Below, piece by piece: positions 51,501 to 64,000 of a stretch of DNA of 64,000 nucleotides. The stretch's first letter is position 1. Each line of letters opens with the position of its first letter. Made by a program: the position numbers and the translations under genes. The notes beneath the pieces were generated by a model. The model was not told where the DNA came from. It worked only from the letters and a program-made list of their open reading frames with translations, and searched no databases. Source of the DNA: Paraspadella gotoi (lineage: Eukaryota > Animalia > Chaetognatha); the NCBI GenBank assembly GCA_051294375.1, contig CM119263.1, positions 11,182,703 through 11,246,702 of the forward strand, given 5' to 3'.

Positions 51501-51920
51501 TGAAAGTCGAAATTCTCTGTTCACTTCAGGAATCCCAGGTGCCTGGGTTGCGAGCGACCTCTCGCCTCATGCAGGAGACTCGATCTCGCGTCGCCCAGAC
51601 GGTGCAGCAAATGGGCCTGGAGGCCTGGGCGCAGTTCAACGAGGAATACAAAGGTTGCATTGCCTTGGTGTCATTGCCATGCGACCTTGCGGCCAGTGCG
51701 ATCGAGGTAAGTCGTTTTGAAAGCCATCGCGAAATATGAAAGGAAGAAAAAAAAATATTAAAAACCAAAACAACATAAGATGAAGCTTGGTCTCGCGGAG
51801 GGATACGTCGCCGTGCTCGCCAACATCTGTTTGAAGTCGAAATCCGAGGCGAGGGCGGCGACGAAGAAATGGAAATGGAGAAGAACGGACTCAAAAAGAT
51901 TTCAACAGATGTCAATTTAA
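48578..51920 (+). CDS. BPI/LBP/CETP (TULIP) family lipid-binding protein, ~606 aa; exons 48578-48668, 48914-49142, 49229-49423, 49577-49822, 50013-50451, 50579-50707, 50802-50975, 51530-51706, 51780-51920
   Basis: PYSARILITERGLQKLSQALLTSLTRKLQRMEVPNF resembles the BPI N-terminal motif (PG.vvRIsqKGLdY...LqkeL..IkIPD). Other BPI-like segments: SDYGTAEVIIEGLELTFGV, PELRLTQTRGVVV and terminal LAEGYVAVLANI. All phases close into one ORF. The first exon and exon-4 donor are less certain. Confidence 0.78.
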
Positions 51921-53195
51921 AAAAAGAATATTACGTGAATAGCGTATTATAAAAAAAAATTTAAATATTTTTTTATTGCTAGTGCAAGATATATCACACG
52001 AAAAGTGATTGCCTGGTTTCTAATTATTGAATAAACTAGATTATAATAATGCCCTCATTTAATGTAACAGCGGTTATGGTAAAAAAATAAATTTATTGAT
52101 TGCCTAATCTGGTAGCCCTGCTTTACTTTTGTCAACGAATTAGAGGCTTAGTGCCTTGCCGTGCTTCTTTCGGCATGGAACTTAAAACAAAAGGGAAATG
52201 GACCAATGAGTCAATTGCACTGTTGCCCTTTAGCATGAAACGTCACGATGCAACAGAAACTACGAAGGCGGAACCTTTAGCCGCGTACGCTGCTTATCGC
52301 GAGACTGAAGTGAAGGATAATTAAAAAGCTATTCTGAGGACGGCCATTAACGAGGCCAAAGGTATTTCACCTCCACTTAATTATCGGCGGCTTTTAAAAG
52401 CAGCTGAACTCAATCAAAGCGCTTCTCTGCTTTTCCTTCTTCGTTTCTACAACTTGTTTCATTCTGTGTCTCTCAACGTTTTATAATTATATTGAAAAAT
52501 ACCCAATTAGCTTGAGCTCGTTCTCTTGACTCCTGAAAAAGATTCCTAATAACGTATGAATTATAAACCTTGATTAGTTTAAACGAGAAATATGTTGAAT
52601 TAATTTTAAAGTATAAAACATTCATAACTCAAAATACAACTTGTTTCAAAATATTTTAACAAAGTTACATATTTTTAAAATTTTCTGTATAAACCGTGCG
52701 TGAAATTTTACGAAATACTCCCCTATCATTATTTATAGCTGCTTGACTGAGATTTAATTAATTGAAGAAAATAGATTGAGTTGACCGTTGCAGACGATAA
52801 CACCGATAGTCACTTCGTTCAACTTTTTTTCCCTTCGTAAATTTTAAACAAAGCGATTTTTCTCGAACTAGTTGTACTTTCAAAATTAAATACGTACTTC
52901 ACGAACTAATTATTCATAATTGAAGGTCTGAAAAAAAAACCTGTTTAAAACTGTCGTTTTGTTATCGTCTACACGATCTCTATTCCAACCAGCAAGTTTA
53001 CAAAATCACCTTTTCAATTTTTTACGTTGAAGTTGTGGCAATTAAATCTGACCGAAATGAGAATGGCTCGCCAAGTGTTCCCAGTTTAACCGGTCATTTG
53101 AGTGCGGTCGTATCAAAATAGTAATGATATTACTTCGCTTCAACCTTTGATTTATCATTCTCGGTAGACGGGATTGAAATCTACAAAGCTTCGAA

Positions 53196-54749
53196 ATGCC
53201 TATCTCCGCCACACTCTCCAACTTCCGCTATACCCACGCCATTGTGTCTTCCATTCCCGAGTCTCTCGCCGCCCAAGCGCTGCGCAGCGACGCCGATGTC
53301 GTGGTAGACATGAATGCTGCGCGACTCGAGCACCGGCGCTACGTAACGGCATTGGAATCGTTAGGACTCGTTGTCCTGAAGTTGCCGTCCGACGAGAAGC
53401 TTCCCGATTGCGTCTTCGTCGAAGACCCCGTCGTCGTCGCCGGTGGAAAGGCGTTCCTCACGAGGCCAGGTATAGTAGGGAGATCTGTGGCCACTGTTTG
53501 GTGGTCGCAAGGGAAGCCGGCTACTGACTCTCTTTCTCTCCCTCTCTCCTAGCCGCTGTTCCGTTTCTCGGGTTTCAATCTCAATATTCTATCTCGACAT
53601 GTACACATCTCCTTGTATCTTGTACCCCTACATATCGTTTAAATAAATTTCGACCTTTTTGCACATGAAATATATGCCTATGCTAAATGTATTGATATGA
53701 TGTCATACCTCTTAATTCAAAATTTTCTGTAGGCGCGAAAGAACGTCTTGAAGAAGCGCGGAAAATGAAATCATTTTTGGAAAAATCGTCAATGAGACTA
53801 AAGGTCTGAGCGTATAAACCTTATCTATTTATCAAGTTTTACTTTACAAACGAAGAAAATCCAATTTATACACTTTGACATTTTCATAAAAAAATCTTGA
53901 CTTGCCCAAGACTTCACTGTTCATTATCTAAAATTCGAATTTTGATATTAACTTTAACGCGCTTTATATTTATTTTAATTTCATTAATAAAAAAAGGGTG
54001 TCTCAATCTAACCAGATCATCGATACCTGCCAAGAGCACGCGACTATCGACGGAGGCGACGTTCTCTTCACGGGCGCCGAATTTTTCGTCGGCGTCTCCG
54101 ACAGAACAAACCGCGAAGGTATCGCCGCGTTGGCCGCCGCCTTTCCGGAGTTTCCAGTTCACGGCATTACCGTCGACGCAGGGCTGCATCTCAAGAGCTT
54201 CTGCTCCATGGCGGCGCCCGGCGTTGTTTTAATCGGATCTTCAGAGGTGAATGAAGTTTCGAGGTTTAGTCGGTCAATTTGTAATTTTTTTTAAATATTT
54301 ATAAGCACCACTACATAATATGTAGTAAATATACATGAATCGGCATAATTTTACTTTCGCCGACTGGGATTAGGGCGGTATAGGTTTAGGGTTTGGGGTA
54401 ATTATGGTTATTATTATTTTACACTGTTATTCAAAAAAATGTAAAATGTTTAGGTTATTTGATTTCCTTCGTTATAAAACAGGCAGCCTCTTCGGCGAAG
54501 CGTCAAATGCTCGCGGCGTCGACGTCGCTCGACTTCGTCGTCGTGCCTCACGACGCGGCAGCTAACTGCGTCGTCGTCGGCGATGTCATTCTCCATCGAT
54601 CACGAGACGAGTTTCCCGAATCGGTGGACGTCATTGAAGAGCGATTCCGCGACCAGAAGCGTATTTCTTTGACAAACACCGAATTGGCAAAAGTTGACGG
54701 CGCCCTAACCTGTTGCAGCGTATTGATCGACGCCTCGGAAGGGCATTGA
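53196..54749 (+). CDS. DDAH: N(G),N(G)-dimethylarginine dimethylaminohydrolase, 280 aa; exons 53196-53469, 53733-53803, 54016-54246, 54483-54749
   Basis: Motifs LPDCVFVED, TRPG, DGGDVLFTG, LHLKS and DGALTCCS (catalytic Cys/His/Asp region); GT-AG introns in phase. Confidence 0.95.
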
Positions 54750-56601
54750 TCGAAGACTTTAAATTTTAATCTTATGACAGATTTTTTTCGTTTTAACCAT
54801 TTTTGATTTCCCAATTTCATTCGATTGGATAATTTTTCATTTTTAAACTTTAAACTCTGTATTCTACTCCTCTATATTTTAATAAATACGTATTCAAAGT
54901 GAGAATGCGATAGAAACAAAGTCAGATACATATAGGGCAGCGGCTTCGGGTAAAATGTCATTATATGTAGATACCTCACTCGAGAGCCAATATTAGTTTA
55001 TTTTTTATACATTTTTATGCCGGTCCCTGGAGGATGATATCAATATTCACTTGCAAAAAACCGTTTTTAAATTCCTACAATGGTTTCCGAGATATAGTCA
55101 TAAACGTCAGCCTTGAAAGGCAAAATTTGTCAGAATAAAATTTTCGAGTTTTTTCTTAGATTTCTGACGCGCTAGTACAAACTATTTAAAAAAAGAGAAA
55201 ACGTTTTGCTGATTTCTTCCAGCATAATCCATAAATGTGTAAGACGATGGGTACACCTGAAAGTGATATGTCTCTAGAGGACGGAAAATTTTTCTTTAGG
55301 TTTTATTTTAAAATTTAGGTATTGTACCAATAGGATAAATTGAGATACTCCCACTTTGCCAAAATTTTTATTTAACAAAGATTTGTACTGCGTAGTTCAA
55401 ATCCTTAGTTCTCTAACGGTAAAAAAGTTATTTTCTTGAATAACTTTGGAAAGAAAAGAGGTAAGAATGTGGGTGAGGTATTAAATTAAAGCCCTAATCA
55501 TGGGACACCTCTCTAAAATAGTTTTATTAAATTTTATCCATAAATCTTTACTCAGCTTTTATTTAAATCGGAGTTAAAAGTATAACAGTTTTTTGCATTA
55601 AAAATTTCAATGAAGGCATGGGAAATTTTTTTCTTCTTTCGTAATATGAAAAAGGAAAGACTAAATTACATTTTGATTACCATTAAATTTGCTCTACTCT
55701 ATAAATTTGCTTGTATTTTTTAGTTAAAGTAAAAAACAAGCAAAATTTATGAAGTAACTGGTTAAAATGTTTTTTTAAATATGAAAAATGATAAATACAA
55801 AAATATTTTCAGATTGATATAAACAGTCTGGACGTCTACCTTCTTGTCTGTGAAAAAAAAATTGTCATTTTTCATTATCTTCAACTGCAAACAAAAAGCT
55901 TGACACCATGCTTGTTTATCATAATAAAATTTTAAAAAATTACATAGCTGGCAACATATTTGACTAAGCAAGACATCATTGTGTTTATCTGTATTGATAA
56001 TTTTCTTTTAAATATAACAACCTTTATACAAGGAATTTAATTCTATTACTTATCATCCGTTTTAATTAAGAAAAAAAATTTCGCGGAATAGCCCATTGGA
56101 AAGGGTTCATTGACTGACTTAATGATCGAATTTTTTAGGTTTCTTTACTGCCCCCATTTCACAAATCATAAAAGGTCATGATTATCATGTCAGTATGTCC
56201 AGATTATCTGTACCCTTTCTGCAACCTGCATTCTGAATTTTCTTTTTTTCCCTTTCAAATGTATTAAATAAAAAAATTATTTGAGAGAACGATTGGCGTG
56301 GAGGATGCCATTGGTAAGCCTTAGTTACCCCACTTCCCGATCGAATATTTAAACGAGGTTTTTTTTCCATCTATTCGAGACATAACACTAACTATTGGTA
56401 CTATTAATTTTTTATTTTTTCATGAAATTTTGTGTAATCAGAGAAACGTTTAGCGTGTCAAAAAAATATGGAAAAAAAAGAGAAAAACGTTCTGACAAAT
56501 TTAAAAATTTATGGAGGAATCTATTATATGGTATAAAAAACGTGAGATTCATTCAAAATTGCTTGTCATAATGACTCGGGGGAAAATTGGATTGACGATT
56601 T

Positions 56602-59600
56602 TCACGTGACAGTTTCGCTACTGGTCGTCCGCCTCTCCTGCTGCTGCTGGTCGAGCTGTGGCTGCTGTTTTTGAGAGGTCGGGGAAGTTCTATCGAAATC
56701 TTGAAGTTGCAACCGCTCTTCATCGGAGAAGCTGGAAGGATCAGAACTGGTAAAACTCTTGTCGCTCCTCTGGCGACGACGACGAAAGACCCTAAGAAAA
56801 AAAATCAAGACAAATATATTCTACAGCGGTATATAACCGATTTTTCCCGCTAATTTTTGATTAACTAACTTTTTTATGCTTTTGATTATGACGTAAATTC
56901 CGACGACGATGATAATGGCGACAAAGACAGTGGCCGAATGCCACAACAGCTGCTGCAATGGCGGCGACGACTCTTTATCGCTCTTGCTGTCGTCACTCAC
57001 GACGCCGTCCGTAACCTTGTCCTCCCGAGGTTCGTCCTCGTAGTCGCAGTAGCGGCCACGCCTCCCTCCAAAGCACTCGCAGACAACGGTGGTGTTGACG
57101 ATGACGCAACTTCCTCTGAAGTTGCATATGGCGTCGACGCAAGGACGCACGCGAGTCTGGCAACGCTCGCCAGCGTGAAAAGCGTCGCAGGCGCAAGAGT
57201 AGCCAGAACCGCCAAATCGACGCTGACAGACGCCCCCATTAAGGCACGGCGTGGAATGGCAGGGATCGGTGAGTGTACAGCGCCGGCCGAAGTAGGGCGC
57301 CGGACAGACGCATCCAAAGTCGTCGGGTTCGCCGTCATCGCCTTCGCCATCGGCGGCAAAAACAGTGACGCCGGCAACGACGGTGACGCAGACGCCACCG
57401 TTGACGCAAGGCGAGGAAACGCAGGGATCGAGGCGAGATTCGCAGGTTTGGCCGGTCAGGTCGGACGGGCAGAGACAGATAAACGCGCTCGGGTATGGAG
57501 GCGAGATCCTGGGTGAAGCAATATATGCAGAGATAAACAGTTATGTTGAAGGCAGACAAATGAAGCCCCACTTACTCTGTCCCATTAGCCAACCCCATCG
57601 CCGAGACGCAAGTTCCTCTCGGTCCACACGGCGCTGACACGCAAGGGTCAACAACATCCTCGCACATCGCCCCCGCGAAACCAGGCGCGCATGCGCATTC
57701 GAACCGAAACAGCGCGTCGACGCAGACGCCTCCGTTGGCACAGGGGCGGGCGCGGCACTCGTCTCGGTAGGCGTGTCGAAGGTAAGGACCCAGGGTGTCC
57801 ACGAGATAGTCGGTGAGGTTGGCGCAGAAGCCGCGGTTGCGGAATGGTAAGGAGGAGCCCCAGAGGACGATCCCATCGGGGCCGGCGGGAGTGAAAGAGC
57901 TACCTGGGTAGGAAAAAATTAATTTGTTAGGCACTACTGAGCTTAAATAAAAGCTTAGGAGTCAGGAAGGTTGATTGGCTTTTTAGGTTTTGGGTCAACT
58001 TGGATGTTTAAAACATTTTAAACTGTGGAAAAAATCAGATTTATGAGACGCGCCATGAATGTGGAAGTGTATTATTGGTCATTTCAGTGTCATAATTCAT
58101 TCATAAAATAAATAAATAATAATAAATAAAATAATAATAATAATAAATAAACTTTAAAATACGCACCAAAAGCAAGGTGCAGTTCCTCGACACTCATAAA
58201 CTCCGTCTTTCCCCCACTTCCAAAAATGTTGGTGAACTTCCAAACGGGAAGATCCGGTTTTCCCGCCGCCTTCGCCAGACGCCGCGCTTCGGCGATCTGT
58301 GCGTGGAAGCGCTTGGCCGGGTCGTCGTGGTCGTAGAAAAGGTAAGTGGAAGGAAAGAGTACGTCGCTGAGGTGGACCACCCAAAGAAGGTCGTCGTTGA
58401 GGGCCTGCGGAGTGTCATATGAAAATTATTACCGAAAAAAAATTATAAAAAAGAAAGGGTTCATTGTTCAGTAATTTAATAATAAAGAATGTTTAAAAAA
58501 AAAATAAAAGGACTTACATTTAAAGATATCAAAATTCAATTCTTAATATAAAACGTGGTTCTAAAAGCTAATCCCACAAAAAAATTAACAGGATTTTACC
58601 TGCTGTTTGAGCGAACACGAGGTAAGGCTTGGGTGATGATCATTGTAGCACTCAGGAAATTTGTATAGGCCCCACTTTGCCCGTGGTCGAAGCTTTTTTG
58701 CCATAAGAAATGTTTGGGTTATGAAATTTCTAGCCGCTGCGTTGTAGAGGCGCTTCGCGTGGAATTCAATCTGCCCGATAGAACAAAAGATCAGTTGGTG
58801 GGTGATGATGAAGTTAATTTCATAAACAATAAACGAATAACTTTATATTTACAAAAGATATAAATTAAATTTAATTAAAGTTCATACTGGTTTACAAAAA
58901 TTATTTTTAAATTCTCACGTCAGTACTTCTGGTGAGATTCTTTATGGTTTTTATGGCGTATTTTCTTGACAATTCTTTGTAACGATCAAAGTTCGAGAAC
59001 AGCCTCGCCCAATGTAGTCGCCAGGCTTCGAAGTCCATTGCGACTAAACCGTTGTATCTGAAACCCCCAATTTAAAAAAAGTATAATTATTTTTAAATAT
59101 TTTTATGAGTATAATTTTGAGTTTTTTGACTAATTCGAACTCCTTTAAAAATCTACACCAAAACTGCACAAGATGCACAAAAATTTTACTCGGGATCCGG
59201 CATGTGGCGCTCGATGTCTTTCCTCATTTTCTTCAAATGCCGCGTCATATTCGCCGCCTGAAGAAAGTCGTGTCTATTAAACAACTCAAAGTTAAATGTT
59301 TAATTTTTTTATTCGAGAATCTTTTTGGGCTTAATTGGACGATGGCACACGAACTCTCAATAAAACTTAATAACTGAGAAAAAGTCTTTTTTTTGATAGT
59401 TTTGTTTTTATTTCATTTATGTACTTTTTCGTTTCATCTCATACGTTTGATCACTTCTCTCACTTATCCGTTCATTCACGAATCGATTACCTGAGGAATG
59501 CCGCCGTAGTATTGCTTGAGGGTTTTTTTGTCAATGTAAGGTTCTAAACCCAAACGATAGAAGGTGATGATTTTGGTGCCGAGGAAATCTTCATCCTAGT

Positions 59601-60598
59601 ATATATACGGATGAATAAATAAGTTTTCAACTTATTATCTTTATTATTTTCAATGTCTGCGTATATACGTATACTATATATATGTATGACAGAAATTCTA
59701 GTTGTTAACAGTTGTTGTCGTCGTTTGCTGTCGTTTTCGCACCCGGTTGGCGATGATCTTCATGTCTGCAAAGGTAAGACCCTCGGGTAGATGACGGTGA
59801 ACGCAGTTTTTTGACGGCGTATTCCAGATGATAGCGGGTTTTAATTTCTCTTCGCAAAACGCCCCTGACCAATTACGAAAACGCACTAATTAAGCGTTAA
59901 CAACTAAGGTTGTTGATTTTAACATCTACTTAGAATAAAAACAAAAGACAATAGACGACAACGTGACCCACCGACGAAACCGGGCGCGCATCTGCAGATG
60001 ACGAACCTTCTCTTAGCCTCGCAGATGGCATCGTTGCGACAAGGATTGGGACGGCATCCGTCCTGTCTCAGAGACGATGCAACACCTACCGACGTCCACT
60101 GACAACAATACAATAAAAAACTCTTAAATTCACAATTCCTCGAGAAGTCTATTCACAATGATCGTGACCAATGAATAATGATCAGATATTTCGCGTTTGT
60201 CAACCCACGCATTGAGGCTACTGTGGCAGCTGCCTCCCTGCTGTCCGTCCTCAGCCTCGTCTCAATGGCTGAGCAGGCTAAATCATCTCGTTTCAACCGT
60301 GCGTACCGGGTTCAATCCCTGGATATCCCGGTTCTGGCTTAGATGTGACGGAGCCGGTCTAAACATGCCAGTGACAGGAAGCGGTCACTGAGGGACCGCA
60401 TCTCCTACGCCAGTTGGTGAGATACCCCGCGACCCTGGTATTACAGGCATTCCTCTCTTGGCCATACTACTCAGTACTCACATTTCCGAGACGATCGTGA
60501 ATCCCGATCCCCCAAGACGAAGATGACGATGGTAAATGAAGGGATGATTCCATCCTCGACATAAAAATTACAACGTAACACCAAGTATTTAACGACAT
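56602..60598 (-). CDS. Type-I membrane EGF-repeat hyaluronidase/chondroitinase (GH56), ~747 aa; exons 60598-60482, 60098-59972, 59864-59743, 59595-59491, 59257-59190, 59057-58919, 58770-58600, 58404-58167, 57903-57576, 57508-56870, 56791-56602
   Basis: GH56 motifs IIWNTPS.NC, YGGIPQAANMTRHL, catalytic MDFEAWR, LRPRAKWGLYKFPECY, LFPSTY and GIVLWGSS. One EGF precedes and five follow the catalytic domain. TM segment VFVAIIIVVGIYVII is followed by a basic stop-transfer. All 10 introns are GT-AG and in phase; the start codon is uncertain. Confidence 0.88.
60222..60466 (+). mobile_element. Solo LTR of the TRIM family in intron 1 of the hyaluronidase gene
   Basis: TGTGGC...GCCATA, homologous to 17221-17476, perfect TSD CTAC (60218-60221, 60467-60470), A/B boxes intact. 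Confidence 0.92.
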
Positions 60599-62769
60599 TT
60601 TTGGGTTCGATCCTTTTTTTTTTTAAACTCGACGAAAATTGTATCAAGATGGGTTTACGTGCCGTTATTGTGATGTTATTGAATTACTGAGTTTCAAAAG
60701 TCCAACTCGGCAAATTTATGATGTCGGCGAAATGAAAAAAAATTCTTCTAATTCTCCAAAAGGAATTTTTCATAGAGACATTTAAGTAAAGTAAACCAAG
60801 CTTCAATACTTCGAAGTTTTCTTTTGCAAATGCCGATAGCTTGTAATTTGACTGACAAAAAATATTATTTAGTCTTTCGAAAAAATTATGTTTGTGAAAA
60901 GATCAAATTCTGTAGAAAAAATCTCAATAGATCATGATATAGTAAAATGTTTTCTTTCGAATTATCATTACTATTACTTCGCTGATAACCCAGTTAACTT
61001 CGACCGCGAGTTCCAGGAGCGAGAGAATCCCGAAAAGTCATCACGTTGGTTTTATTATTGCTTGCTGCGACGACGACGACGACGACGCTCTGACTCACTG
61101 CCTATTCGTCTCGAGAATCCCGTAAAAAAATATACTAATTAAAAGAAAAGACGCTTTACGCGGACTCCCGTGGGGAAGACGACCAAGAAAGTTGAGGTGA
61201 AAAAGTCGAGAATTTCGCTTCCGTGGTTCGTTTCGTTTAGAAAGCGAGTTCACTCTGAACTACCGGCGAGAACAGTTTTAAAAGTCGGTTAAAATTAAAG
61301 CGAATTTTAAACTCGAAAACAAAACTATACTGAACAAATTAAATTATTCTTTAATTAATTATTTAAATTGTTTCTATCACCTTGAAATCGTTTTTCTCGT
61401 CAGGCATGAAGAAAGCCGATCTTCTGGAACGTGCGCGCGTGCAAAATCCCATGCGAGATTCTCGCACCAGTTTTTTTAAAAAAAATTACAGTGAAAGTAG
61501 GATTTATCTTTCAGCCAAATTTTATAAAACGGAATATGTTAACCCAGAAAAGTTTTTTTTTTAGTTAAGTTATATTTGATTTTAAGGATTATCATTGATT
61601 TAGCCTTTAAGAGAAAATAGATGAATTCGTTTTTGTTTTAACAAAGGTTCGCTGTAGTAGCAATAAGAGAAGAAAGGATCGAGTTTCTCTTTTACAAAAA
61701 AAGAAAGAAAATTTAATCGGTTTTTAATTACTGTTTTGGTTCGCCTATTCGGTCTTGTTTTCTTTTTTTTTCGTAGATTTATTTATGTTTTTTTAACGAA
61801 ACCTATAGAGAAGGTGAACAAATGTAAAAAGTACAAACAAGCGCTTCGAGCCAAGAGAATGTGAAATGAATTTGATAGTTCGAATAAATTCTTTCGGAAG
61901 CCAAAATAAAGTAAAGCCGGGTAGCCGGATGTAATTAAAAGGAAAATGGTAATGATTTTAGGGCCGCAAATGCTGACCAGATGATCCTCACTCTTTAATT
62001 TCCTCGATAGATCGCAGCGGGACATCATTTAAAAAAATTTATCCCGAGAAAAAAATATTTGACTAGATTTCGAGCAAAACCGGGTACCCGAATTACCTGA
62101 CATTTTTTTGGTTATTTTTATTATTATATTTGCGGTTCGGTTTTTCGTGTCGCGCAAATGACGTTTGTTAATTTTTTTAGTGAATTTCTGTCAAACAGGG
62201 ACGAGTCTGGTTTGGCTTTAATCGTAGGAAAAATCAACGCGTAAAATGTCCAGCTTGAGAGAAAGGGATATTTTTATATTCTGCTGTGCAACGTGGATTT
62301 GGTGCATGTCTTTTTTTAAAAATGAACTTGGTGAAAATAATGCAGAGTCAGTGAATCCTAAAAGTAGAATGTTTACAGTTATTTTATTTGTTTCTTATAG
62401 AAATTTGAAAGAAAGATGATAAGTGACGCAAACAAATGATTTCATAAAAAAATCAGAAAGCTGCCGCGCAACTTCCGAGTGAAAACAAAACGGCCGACTA
62501 CGATAAAGAGATTTCCCGTCGCCAAAATCTTGTGTCTATAATTAATTTGATCAAAAGTCGTGATTTTCTTTTGGCCGAAATCTTGAAAGACGGAAAGACA
62601 AGTCACAATTCATTTCCCCCCCAAAAAAAGAAATGGAAAGTTAAATCTGTCTGTTATGTTTAACTATATTTAAAAAACAAAAAGGCGACGACGATTGTAA
62701 TGAAAAAAAAAACCGATATCAGATATAAAGATAATTATTACAATTGTAAAAATAATAATAAAAAATAAT

Positions 62770-62910
62770 AGCTGGATTATGGCAATAGATTAGGTTAGTG
62801 ATTGAGCTGAGGGATTAGGTTTAGGCTTAAGGTTGAGGGTTAAAAATTATTTTAAGGTCAGGTTAATGGATAAAGTTAGGTTTAGGGATTGGGGTTTGGT
62901 TTTAAGGTTA
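62770..62910. repeat. Degenerate TTAGG/TTAGGG-like tract, probably a MITE remnant
   Basis: ggattaggtttaggcttaaggttgagggtt...ttaggtttagggattgggg. Confidence 0.5.
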
Positions 62911-64000
62911 TAAATTGATTCATCAGTTGATGTCTAAATTCAATTTTATAAAAAAACCGCCCAGTTTTTCATAAAGACAAGTTTTCCTAATGGTTTTCTT
63001 AGTAAAACAGAACTTTCATCCTGGGAAATAACTTCAAGCGAAGTTGCAGCACGTAAATAAACCGTTTCCTGTCCTCAAACAGGATTGAACTAGCCTTACC
63101 CAGTTTTTATTTGGTCTACCAGTTTAGACACAAAACGACAACGCTCATTAGTGGTAATTAAAAAACCACTCAAAATAGTAAAAGATGGTAATTTAACTCG
63201 TCCCAGCCGATTACCTGAAGGAAAAAAAAAACAATCAAACCGAAAACTGCGTATGAAAAAAGCTTGATTTTTTGTCTTATAATTTGAGTAGGGACGTCTA
63301 AAATTATTCGTTTCTCAATGTTAGCCGTTGGTAGCTTGTAAAGTTTAAACAGTATCCCATATGTTTTATATTTTTTTAAATCGTCCCCACGGTCTCCTAA
63401 AATATAGTTCGACATACTTCGACATTCCCTAATCCTACTTTTGACATCTCGCCTACACTCATTCTTTCGCCACAGGATTCGAATCAGGTATCGTCACAAT
63501 CGCAACGGGACAACGGAACTTTATTTTTAAACTTTCGTTAACCGACGCGAGTTGAACGACTCCTTTGGCTTGGTCGACCCGGATGTAGCCGGAAGAGTTG
63601 GTGAATCGAAAAGGAATATTACAATTTACTTATCTCACGTTATTTCTTCATGGCTTCGATAAAAAAATGAGAAAAAAATGAAGTTAATTTTAAAAATAGA
63701 ATGCATTGTATAAATTAATCGATTAATTACTGTATAGAACTAAAACATTACTAATGTAGTGTTAGTCACTATAACTACTATCCCACAAACAATACAAGTA
63801 TCGGTGTCCAATTTTAAAACTAAGGGCCCTCCAAAAACAGGCTCTGCACCCACAAAAAAAAAGATCACTTAAAAATGAGCGGATCGGCCCCCAGAACAGT
63901 GAGGATGTAGCGAATCCGCGGCAGGAAATCAGGCTCGAGAGTTGACGACCTGGAGGATGCTGAGGAATCGATCGACGGAGACAAACGATAACCAAAACAA

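Noticed and set aside
52334-52362. Hammerhead-like CTGAGGA-C-GGCC...GGCC-AAA
   Set aside because: Lacks the G of GAAA and has no stems I/III; probably chance within a decayed coding-like stretch.
56938-57516. 192-aa plus-strand ORF
   Set aside because: Antisense shadow of the EGF-repeat exon.

Overview
Animal (invertebrate-type) genomic DNA, not prokaryotic: AT-rich introns, GC-rich exons, (GA)n microsatellites and five N-gaps. I built all gene models by hand from splice sites and reading phase, and made family calls from recalled motifs without any database search. Genes in order: 3' end of a NIM1-like kinase (+, CaaX end); a secreted, probably GPI-anchored protein with two reduced-cysteine Ly6/three-finger-like domains (+); an intronless synaptophysin (+); a KChIP EF-hand gene (-) whose candidate 5' exons spread over ~33 kb; a BPI/LBP-family gene (+) with no visible signal peptide; DDAH (+); and a type-I membrane protein with EGF, GH56 hyaluronidase, 5 more EGF, TM and a cytoplasmic tail (-). 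The clearest non-coding system is a 724-bp miniature LTR retrotransposon (TRIM). Its LTRs end TG...TA, carry tRNA-like A/B boxes and hairpins, and are flanked by 4-bp target duplications. Two solo LTRs of the family sit in introns. Several MITE-like families and a noisy duplicated/inverted block at 34-40 kb (probably assembly-related) are also present.
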